Shown here in pieces: positions 48,021-55,988 of a DNA stretch of 64,000 bases. The translations under genes were made by a program, and so were the position numbers. Positions within the stretch are counted from its first letter, which is position 1, and each line of letters starts with the position of its first letter. The stretch comes from a virus (Duplodnaviria > Heunggongvirae > Uroviricota > Caudoviricetes): IMG/VR virus record IMGVR_UViG_3300037455_000543, positions 187,136 to 251,135 of that record, one strand, 5' to 3'. The notes under the pieces were generated by a model. That model searched no databases. It was not told where the DNA came from and was given only the letters and a program-made list of their open reading frames with translations.

Positions 48021-48081
48021 ATTTTAACTGTGATGTATAATGAATATAAATATATAAAAGTTTAAATAAAGGTGAATAAAT

Positions 48082-48903
48082 ATGAAATCAGAAAAACTCG
48101 ATTTGAATACAATCAATCCTGATACTATCAATTCCGGAAATCTAGGCAATATCATGACTGCCATGATGAACCAACCACCAAAAGGTTCAATCATGTTGGA
48201 TAAGACGTTGTTACCGTCAAGAGGTAAACTTTATCCAGATACTCCGTTGTACGTAAAGAAACTTAACCCGCTCAATGTCAAGAACCTTGCTGTAATCAAT
48301 TCCGATAATATCAATAAAGTTATCAATAATGTTATTGCTACAAGTATCTGGGGTGGCCCTAATTTTGATTATAATACCATCTATACTGGTGACAAGCTTT
48401 TCTTGATTTTCTATCTTCGTTCTTATACCTATAACGATATGCCATTCCGTCTCCGTGGCGAATGCACAGAATGTGGCAATATCTGTAATTATGACTTTAC
48501 TTTAAGTAACCTCGATATACAGTATCTCGATGACGATGTTCCTGAATATATCGAACTCGGTAACGGTGACAGAATTAAGATTGCATTCTCTACTATTGCT
48601 ACTGAAAATGCTGTCAACCAGTTAAAGAACCGCCAGGATGTTTCCATCGAAATCAACCCAGAACTTCTTGAACTCGCTACATACGTAAAGAGTGTAAATG
48701 ATAATGATCTTTCATTGTTCAAGGCTTATGAATATATTACCGAACTTGACGCTATGTCGTTCTCTGAATTCGCTAATACTATCAGTAAGTATCTCTTCTG
48801 TGTAAAGCCAGAAGCGAAGTTCAAATGTCCGAAGTGCGGTGAAGATATCTATCTCCCGATGCCATTCGTATCGTCATTCTTCTTGCCGACTATTACTAGA
48901 TAA
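48082..48903 (+). CDS. Baseplate hub assembly protein gp26-like, paralog A
   Basis: LPSRGKLYP...GDKLFLIFYLRSYTY...CTECG...CPKCG...FFLP; TATAAATA at 48045-48052. Confidence 0.75.
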   Translation: MKSEKLDLNTINPDTINSGNLGNIMTAMMNQPPKGSIMLDKTLLPSRGKLYPDTPLYVKKLNPLNVKNLAVINSDNINKVINNVIATSIWGGPNFDYNTIYTGDKLFLIFYLRSYTYNDMPFRLRGECTECGNICNYDFTLSNLDIQYLDDDVPEYIELGNGDRIKIAFSTIATENAVNQLKNRQDVSIEINPELLELATYVKSVNDNDLSLFKAYEYITELDAMSFSEFANTISKYLFCVKPEAKFKCPKCGEDIYLPMPFVSSFFLPTITR

Positions 48904-48924
48904 TTATAGATACAGATTTAACTT

Positions 48925-48952
48925 AAAAACATAGATTAACGTCTATGTTTTT
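48925..48952. terminator. Intrinsic terminator
   Basis: AAAAACATAGAT-loop-GTCTATGTTTTT. Confidence 0.8.
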
Positions 48953-48970
48953 TATTATAAATATATTATT

Positions 48971-49396
48971 ATGGCTAGTTTTAAGCAATATCTGGTTAAC
49001 GAAAACAATAAAATATCTGATGAAATCGCAAAGAATGCGACACTTAAGAAAGCAGATAAAGAAGATACTATAGAAGATGTAGTATATAATGCTAATCCAT
49101 CTGTCTGGACAGGCAGGATTGTAAACAATAGAAAATATTTAATCTATAACGGGAAATATCTCGATTTGACTAGCCTTAAGGAAGAAATAACCAGACTATA
49201 TGACAGTAAGGGATATTCGGGTTATGGTTTTGCAAAACTTGACGAGCACGACCTTATAAGATATACTAAGGTCAAAAATATCCTAATGAGGTCATTTGAG
49301 TCTGAACTTAACGACTTTATTGACCCGGTTTCCATGGCTGAAATCATGTTCATGAATGAATTTAAGGATTTCGAGTGGAGACCTGAGGAGCTGTAA
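48971..49396 (+). CDS. Putative internal head protein
   Basis: Leader MASFKQYLVNE; TATAAATA at 48956-48963. Confidence 0.65.
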   Translation: MASFKQYLVNENNKISDEIAKNATLKKADKEDTIEDVVYNANPSVWTGRIVNNRKYLIYNGKYLDLTSLKEEITRLYDSKGYSGYGFAKLDEHDLIRYTKVKNILMRSFESELNDFIDPVSMAEIMFMNEFKDFEWRPEEL

Positions 49397-49397
49397 G

Positions 49398-49799
49398 ATG
49401 ATTGACCATAATGCTTTATTGGAAATCAAACCACTAGTCAATGAAAATATTATTAACGAAACATTATCGAGAATCGGTATTATAAACCGCAGAAAAAAGA
49501 TAATATACCAGTCCTGCCACTTGCTTAAGCAATATGATTCTTATTTTTTAGTTCATTTTAAGCAATTATTTCCATTATCTACGAATAAAGAAGGCTTTGC
49601 CGGTTTCGGCGATGTAACTAACAAGGATATAATTCGCAGAAACAGAATCGCATATCTCCTTGTAAAATGGAACATGATTGAAGTAATAAATCCAGAAGAT
49701 ATAGAACCACATAATATTTTCGTAGATACTCTTTCATACAGTGAAGCTCAAGACTATGAAAGAATTAAGAAATTTAACCTTAATAACTTAGTTCTGTGA
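49398..49799 (+). CDS. regA: Translational repressor RegA
   Basis: ETLSRIGI...IYQSCHLL...YFLVHFKQL...RRNRIAYLLVKWNMIEV; start set at MIDHN. Confidence 0.92.
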   Translation: MIDHNALLEIKPLVNENIINETLSRIGIINRRKKIIYQSCHLLKQYDSYFLVHFKQLFPLSTNKEGFAGFGDVTNKDIIRRNRIAYLLVKWNMIEVINPEDIEPHNIFVDTLSYSEAQDYERIKKFNLNNLVL

Positions 49800-49855
49800 T
49801 TTTTGCTTAAAAACATTATAAATAATATAAATAAACAATTATTTAGAGGATTTTT

Positions 49856-51139
49856 ATGGAACTTAAAGAAGCAAAACACATTCTTGAATCATTAGGTTAC
49901 AATATTAAAAACCCGTTCATGAATGAAGAGAAGCAGTATCTTACTGAACTCATGGCTCGTTTTAATGGTAACTATACTGGTCGTTTTAAAGGCCTCCAGG
50001 ATGCAGGTGATGTAACTATCCAACTTGCAAAAGGTAACAAGACAGAAGAAGTTGCTAAGGCACTTTCTGACGTAGATAACAACTTCCAGTCTGCCATGAC
50101 TACTGGTATCAAGACTACCCAGACTGAAAAGCTCGCAAACCTTATCAATAACTATACAGCTATCTATAATGTCATTAAGGATATTCCTGACGCAAATCCG
50201 GAAACTGTCCAAGACTTAGAGAAGAAGATTGGCTGGCTTGAACAGAAGCAAAATGACGGTGAAGAAATCGTAGCAGGTGAATGGAAGGCTGCAGGTCTCG
50301 CAACTACAACACACTCTACCGATGACAACGCACTTGACTTCAATACATTGGTAAAGAATATTTCTGCACAGATTAGCTCTCTTAAGTCCAAGGGCGGAAA
50401 CAATACTGAACAGATTGTTGCACGTATTGAAGACCTTGCAAATCGTGAAGGTTTGACTCAGGCTCAGCTCGATAAGGTTGAAGAACTTCGCGCTAAGCTC
50501 GATGTTGCTACTGCAGCAGGCGCAAGAGCCGCAGCAGCACGTGGTCGTGCATTGACATTTAAGTCCGATAGACCGTTAAAGGTTACTCGTGCTATCCGTA
50601 GACTTACCGCTCTCGCTATCAATTTCACACAGAATGAAGATGGTTCTGTTACTGTTAACGATACACCAAGAAAGGTTGAAAAAGCTCGTGAAGAACTTAC
50701 TGCTATCGGTGTTGAATTTGTTGAAGCTCAGGCTCCTGCCGAAGAACAACCTATAACAGTCAAGCTTACATTCGGTGATGAAGACTCCTTAGCTATCGCA
50801 CTTGAAGAAGCACAAAATGCTGGTGTAACTGCTGAACAGGCAGAAGATGGTAACTTAACTGCCGCATTCACTGGTACTCAAGCTGCACTTGCTAGTTTCG
50901 AAGAAGCTATCTCGCAGATTGAAGGTGTCGAATTTAGAAAGGCTGGTGATGAAGAACCTGACCTAAATAACGAAGAAGATAACGGCGAAAGGATGGAAGA
51001 CAGTACTAAGGTCGAAACACCGAAAGAACCTGAAATGAACGAATCTACAGAAAAGTCTGAAGATACACAGGAAACTGAAACTCTTGATGAATCTGTAGAC
51101 CCAGTATTAGAAAAAGCTGCAGGCTTACTTCTTTGGTAA
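49856..51139 (+). CDS. Putative abundant internal/ejection protein
   Basis: MELKEAKHILESLGY...YLTE leader; Ala/Glu-rich with biased codons; tandem TATAAATA at 49817-49833. Confidence 0.6.
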   Translation: MELKEAKHILESLGYNIKNPFMNEEKQYLTELMARFNGNYTGRFKGLQDAGDVTIQLAKGNKTEEVAKALSDVDNNFQSAMTTGIKTTQTEKLANLINNYTAIYNVIKDIPDANPETVQDLEKKIGWLEQKQNDGEEIVAGEWKAAGLATTTHSTDDNALDFNTLVKNISAQISSLKSKGGNNTEQIVARIEDLANREGLTQAQLDKVEELRAKLDVATAAGARAAAARGRALTFKSDRPLKVTRAIRRLTALAINFTQNEDGSVTVNDTPRKVEKAREELTAIGVEFVEAQAPAEEQPITVKLTFGDEDSLAIALEEAQNAGVTAEQAEDGNLTAAFTGTQAALASFEEAISQIEGVEFRKAGDEEPDLNNEEDNGERMEDSTKVETPKEPEMNESTEKSEDTQETETLDESVDPVLEKAAGLLLW

Positions 51140-51146
51140 AAATTAA

Positions 51147-51213
51147 AAAACGTAATCTAAATGATTACGTTTTATTTTTAATTATTAAAAACCTGATTAT
51201 TAAATCAGGTTTT
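51147..51213. terminator. Two tandem bidirectional hairpin terminators
   Basis: AAAACGTAATC/GATTACGTTTT and AAAACCTGATT/AATCAGGTTTT. Confidence 0.8.
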
Positions 51214-51218
51214 ATTTT

Positions 51219-52580
51219 TTATTCTAATCCAAGTTTTTCAGCATAATCGGCAATAACATCATTTTGGTCATCTGTTAATGCCCTACCAGCGCCAAGTAAC
51301 TTATCATACATTCTTTGTAATTCACTATGCGATAATGTTCCCATACCCCTAAGTGTTTCCTTAGCATAGGTAACGAATGCGTTATAAGTATTGGCTACAG
51401 ATCTATTATCATTTGCATTATTCTGACGCTGTAATACTGCTCTCTGAATAGGTGTCATTCTCTTTAATCTTACTTTTTCGATAATAGCATTTACACCCTT
51501 AGTGAATGAATCAAAGTCATAGTATTTCAATACGTTACCGAAAGAAGTATTAGACTTGATACCGTAGACTGGCTTCTTAGTTTCGTTAGAAATCTTGAAG
51601 AATGCAGTAAATGTGCCACCGTCAATTGTAACAGCATATTTCTTCTTAAATCTATCCGGGTCATCAGGATTCTGCGGAATATCGTTAACTGTTACCTGTT
51701 TTACGCCAGGCATTTTAGTCAACTTGTCAAGGAAAAGTTCATCTTCAGTCTTACCGCCAGTAATACGTAACTGTTCAGCTTCTTTTCTTGCCGCACGCGT
51801 CGCCTGGTTCGATCCAGATTGACGAATAGACTTATATCCCTCTGTAGAATTAATGAGCTTCTGGGCGCCTAATAACGCGATTATCTTGCCGTCTATACCA
51901 ACAGCCTTATTAAGTTTCTTTTTATTTCCAGCAGCATCAATATCTACACTGAATGGCCATTCTACATTTGTAGTAAACATCAAGTCTTCTGCAATATCAG
52001 CATTAGCGTCAATTACACAGTCATCCGTACCGCCAAGCTTTGTAAACTTGATTGTAAGATTATTATCGTCGTCATAGCCAAGGCTCTTATAAGTCTTAGA
52101 ACTTACATCGTCAATATTGAATTCGGGCGGTTGGTCAATCGGAGTAAATGTAATTTTTATAGCAAGTTCTTCTGTAATATATTCAAGATTGAACTTTACT
52201 GTAATAGTAATAGGCTTCAATTCTACAAGTGTGCTATTTTCATCAAATACTGCCTGGGAATCAAGTTCAACCTTACAATCAGTAAGCTTTTCCTTAAGAT
52301 TATCGTAAATTTCACCGATTTCATAGAATGGAACTTCTTCTATAGCTTCATTTACGACATCTTCAACAAGCATAAATTTTGACAGATAGCTTCTAAAAGA
52401 TTCCTTTTTAATATCAGTCTTTCCTTTAAATGTTTTTACCATATCATACAAGGAGCGTAATTTTTGTGCTTTTGCGATATTATCTTCAAAGAAAGCATCG
52501 CTTATTTCCTGACGGCATTCAGTAAGCCATGTATCTATTTCTTCATTGCTCATATTTCTTGGATCTATATCTAAATTCAT
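51219..52580 (-). CDS. Hypothetical late protein with internal CTS-like motif
   Basis: ESFRSYLSKFMLVE-D; TATAAATA at 52606-52613. Confidence 0.6.
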   Translation of the reverse strand: MNLDIDPRNMSNEEIDTWLTECRQEISDAFFEDNIAKAQKLRSLYDMVKTFKGKTDIKKESFRSYLSKFMLVEDVVNEAIEEVPFYEIGEIYDNLKEKLTDCKVELDSQAVFDENSTLVELKPITITVKFNLEYITEELAIKITFTPIDQPPEFNIDDVSSKTYKSLGYDDDNNLTIKFTKLGGTDDCVIDANADIAEDLMFTTNVEWPFSVDIDAAGNKKKLNKAVGIDGKIIALLGAQKLINSTEGYKSIRQSGSNQATRAARKEAEQLRITGGKTEDELFLDKLTKMPGVKQVTVNDIPQNPDDPDRFKKKYAVTIDGGTFTAFFKISNETKKPVYGIKSNTSFGNVLKYYDFDSFTKGVNAIIEKVRLKRMTPIQRAVLQRQNNANDNRSVANTYNAFVTYAKETLRGMGTLSHSELQRMYDKLLGAGRALTDDQNDVIADYAEKLGLE

Positions 52581-52634
52581 AATAGATTTCCTTATCGTTT
52601 TATATTATTTATAGCGAATTTTAATGCCTAATGT

Positions 52635-52642
52635 TATAAATA
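52635..52642 (+). promoter_or_regulatory. Late promoter for split terminase C-half
   Basis: TATAAATA followed by AAGG SD and ATG 52671. Confidence 0.75.
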
Positions 52643-52670
52643 TATAAGTCTAAATAAAAAGGTAATCTTA

Positions 52671-52973
52671 ATGTTTATAAAATGCGGTGATGAATTTTTA
52701 AAGTTTAAAGGCTTTAGTAAAAAGCTGTCTGATTCATTGGATATCGTATTCGATAATTCAAGATTAAAGTGTTCAGTCGACCATAGGTTTAAAGACAAGA
52801 ATGGTCAAGATATTTTTGCAAAAGATTTACAGAAAGGTGATACTGTAAAGAATACTCAATTCGGTTTAAGCACTGTAATTCAAATAACGCCTATTGGACA
52901 ACATACTGTTTTTACGCCTGTTGATGTCGAAGGCGGACTTTATGAAACATTAAACGGTCTTATAAATCATAAC
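52671..52973 (+). other. IntC fragment (101 aa) of an atypically split intein
   Basis: Block B KCSVDHRF, AKDLQKGD, block F VFTPVDV, terminal INHN/C (Cys+1 at 52974); no block A. Confidence 0.9.
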
Positions 52974-53729
52974 TGCTCATTCATTGGTTCTAGTGCTACT
53001 CTTATCAGTGGTGATATACTTGAAAAACTTACTGAAAAAGAACCTATCGAAGTTTTATTTTCAGATTTGTCATTATCGATTTATGAAAAACCTATACCAA
53101 ATGCTCTGTATGTAATGGGTGTTGACTGTGCTACAGGTGTAGGTAATGACTATTGCGTTGTCCAAGTTGTAAAGATTTTGTCTAAGACAGAAATGTATCA
53201 AGTAGCATGTTATAGGTCAAATACTGTAGAAACTGGTGAATTTTCTCGTGTTATTGATCAATTATCTAAAATGTATAATGACGCATATTTTATTATTGAA
53301 TCGAACGATACTGGTAAGACTGTTGCTGAAGAAGTTTGGTATACACTTGAAAACATGCATTTAATAAATACTGAAAAATCATCACGCGGTTTAGGAACTA
53401 TTGCAGATAAACGTTCCAAGCTAGATGCATGCATGGAATTACGTAGGGTAATGAATGCTGAAATTCTACATGTATGCGATTCTAAAACAATCGAAGAATT
53501 ATCAAGATTCGAAGAACAAAGACCAAATGTCTTTGCAGCTGCAAAAGGTAATCACGATGATACTGTTTCTGCTTTGTATTGGGCAATGTATGCTACCATG
53601 CAACCAGAAATTGACATGGATAACATTAGACAAATAACTAATCAGCAGAACGAAGAAAATATGATGACTGTCGATATGATGGTTAATGATATGGCTAACG
53701 AAGATGATTTCTGGGGTGATTTTAAATGA
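52671..53729 (+). CDS. gp17: Terminase large subunit C-terminal (nuclease) half preceded by split-intein C-fragment
   Basis: Extein CSFIGSSATLIS...YVMGVDCATG..DY...IIESN...GNHDDTVSAL. Confidence 0.93.
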   Translation: MFIKCGDEFLKFKGFSKKLSDSLDIVFDNSRLKCSVDHRFKDKNGQDIFAKDLQKGDTVKNTQFGLSTVIQITPIGQHTVFTPVDVEGGLYETLNGLINHNCSFIGSSATLISGDILEKLTEKEPIEVLFSDLSLSIYEKPIPNALYVMGVDCATGVGNDYCVVQVVKILSKTEMYQVACYRSNTVETGEFSRVIDQLSKMYNDAYFIIESNDTGKTVAEEVWYTLENMHLINTEKSSRGLGTIADKRSKLDACMELRRVMNAEILHVCDSKTIEELSRFEEQRPNVFAAAKGNHDDTVSALYWAMYATMQPEIDMDNIRQITNQQNEENMMTVDMMVNDMANEDDFWGDFK

Positions 53730-54358
53730 GTAATAAAGTATTATGGAAATCATTAGAACCACGTTTTAATACGATGAAACCAGATGATCCATTTGGAACA
53801 TTTCATAAACATTTAGCATTATCGTTGACGGAATGGTTTACGTCATATTTTATTCCTAAACAACAGTTTACCGCAAATGGTATTCAATATATTCCACCAG
53901 CAGAGGAAATTACTTGGTCAGAACCAATGAATCCATTAAGGTATTTTAAGTTTATTACGCCGACAATTTATTTTAGTCCAGCAGAAATAATAACAGTATT
54001 TAAAAAGAAACAATTATCCTGGTCTAAACTATTTGCTTTAATTGGTTCAAAAATTTCTAAACAATTAAATTCTGTTTATTGTATTGTTCCAGGTTCAGCT
54101 ATTGTTGGAACTGCCGCAATACCATTTATGTCATCTCATTTTTCATTTAAAGGACATAAATTTTTTAAATCATTAAAAAAATTAGATTATTCTGCTGAAA
54201 ATATAGAATCTGGAAAAATAACAGAACAGATTTGGGATAAGTTTGAAGATTATTTAGTTGAAGCAATTAATTCAACACCTCCAACAACGATTACAGTTGG
54301 TGGCGCATTACCACCAGGAACTTTTACAGGAACAGTGAATGCAAAGCTCAGTATCTAA
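53726..54358 (+). CDS. Hypothetical protein
   Basis: 210-aa ORF coupled (ATGA) to the terminase half. Confidence 0.55.
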   Translation: MSNKVLWKSLEPRFNTMKPDDPFGTFHKHLALSLTEWFTSYFIPKQQFTANGIQYIPPAEEITWSEPMNPLRYFKFITPTIYFSPAEIITVFKKKQLSWSKLFALIGSKISKQLNSVYCIVPGSAIVGTAAIPFMSSHFSFKGHKFFKSLKKLDYSAENIESGKITEQIWDKFEDYLVEAINSTPPTTITVGGALPPGTFTGTVNAKLSI

Positions 54359-55280
54359 TTATGACCGATTTAATTATTGGGAAATGTACCCAGAAGAACT
54401 TCCATCAAGAGGTATATTTTATAGTAAGGATGCAAGAATCAGAGTAAGAACTATGTCTGTTCTTGAGGTAAAATTCTTAGCTACATATATGGAATCTACA
54501 GCTACACGTATATGTAATGAAATTATCAATAAATGCACAATTTTTGAAAATCTCACTATTGATGAATTGTTGTTGCCAGATAGGGATTATATAATCTTCT
54601 GGATTCGTTTAAATACATTTAATACTTCTAACGGCTTTTCAGTTTCTATACCACATTGTGCTACATGCAATAATGAAATTGTAAAAGATTTATCATTGGA
54701 AACATTTAAGCATAAGTATCTTGATAACGGCTTTGAACCTAATGTCTATCTTCCAGATTTAGGAATGGAAATTCCTATCAAGATTCCTAAATACGGTGAT
54801 TCTATATACAATGTTGAAAATGAAATAGAAGAAGTTGCATTAAGGATAGATTCAGATAATACATTTGAAGAAAAGACTAGATTTGTTTCTTCACTTACTG
54901 CACTTGATTATATTCATCTTAAAGAACATATCGATAAATATAATTGTGGCATAATAGATGAAGTTCCTATATATTGTCCTGAATGTGGAACAGAACATAT
55001 TGTAAAAGTCTATATCAATGACTTGAATATTTTTACACATGTCGAACTTAGAGATATTCTCGAAAAGATTACACAGATTGCAAAATATTCGCATCTTACA
55101 ATTACAAATGATTGGTCATGGGTCGAAGTAGAACTTGAAATGCAGATTATCAATGAGATGATTCGTGAAGAAAATGAAGCTAATCAAAAACAGCTTCAAA
55201 ATATGTCTTCCAGAATGCCATCTGGTTCAATGAATACAACGCCAAAAATGCCAAGTCTTCCATCATTACCGCATATGTAA
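54339..55280 (+). CDS. Baseplate assembly protein gp26-like, paralog B, with gp51-like C-terminus
   Basis: ELPSRGIFY...DRDYIIFWIRL...CATC...CPECG, then LEKITQIAKYSHLTITNDWSWVEVE. Confidence 0.7.
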   Translation: MQSSVSNYDRFNYWEMYPEELPSRGIFYSKDARIRVRTMSVLEVKFLATYMESTATRICNEIINKCTIFENLTIDELLLPDRDYIIFWIRLNTFNTSNGFSVSIPHCATCNNEIVKDLSLETFKHKYLDNGFEPNVYLPDLGMEIPIKIPKYGDSIYNVENEIEEVALRIDSDNTFEEKTRFVSSLTALDYIHLKEHIDKYNCGIIDEVPIYCPECGTEHIVKVYINDLNIFTHVELRDILEKITQIAKYSHLTITNDWSWVEVELEMQIINEMIREENEANQKQLQNMSSRMPSGSMNTTPKMPSLPSLPHM

Positions 55281-55370
55281 AAAATTCAGAATAAATATTT
55301 GTAAATTTTTATTTGCAAATATTTGCTATATTTTAATTAATGGAAAACTGAATAAAATTTAAGGTTAACT

Positions 55371-55970
55371 ATGAAGCAAGATAAAAATAGCGAAGGATAT
55401 ATTTCAAATAAGTATTTACGTGAACTTGTTGTCAAATTTAACGCGATGAATATAAATGACAACGGTAAATGGTGTGATGCTTATGAAAGAAAAATGGATA
55501 AAAAGAATGCCAAGGGCAATATAAAAATCGATAAATATGAAATATCGAAAACATTTATCCAAAGAAAGAAACAACAGATTGCAGCATTGCATGCACGTTA
55601 TGAAAGTTATAACGATGAAGAACGTAGAGCGTTCAATGCAGAATTTGAAAAAGTAAAGAAAGATATTTGCGAAGCTTTCTTGAAAGTTATTGATGGACGT
55701 ATTATCTCCTATAAACTCGTCCAGACACCAGCTTATGAAGAAATTGACGATATCAGACAGGAAGCGCTGATGTCCTTATTCACATATATAAACCGTTATG
55801 ATGAAACACGTAACACAAGTGCATTCGCTTTTGTTACTGAACTTATATCTAATGCCATGAACGGTTATCTCAAGAAGATGAATCAACGTAATGCTGTTCA
55901 GATTACAGGTCTTGATTTCTATGAAAACTTGAATACTATTGATGACCTTTATGGCGAAGATAATGACTAA
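55371..55970 (+). CDS. gp55: Late sigma factor
   Basis: YISNKYL...ICEAFLKVI...YINRYDE...SAFAFVTELI; consistent with genome-wide TATAAATA. Confidence 0.88.
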   Translation: MKQDKNSEGYISNKYLRELVVKFNAMNINDNGKWCDAYERKMDKKNAKGNIKIDKYEISKTFIQRKKQQIAALHARYESYNDEERRAFNAEFEKVKKDICEAFLKVIDGRIISYKLVQTPAYEEIDDIRQEALMSLFTYINRYDETRNTSAFAFVTELISNAMNGYLKKMNQRNAVQITGLDFYENLNTIDDLYGEDND

Positions 55971-55988
55971 TAGAGGTTATATTAATTA

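Noticed and set aside
52632-52670. In-frame CYKYISLNKKVIL upstream of IntC as a possible IntN
   Set aside because: No start codon, it overlaps the promoter and SD, and it does not resemble block A.
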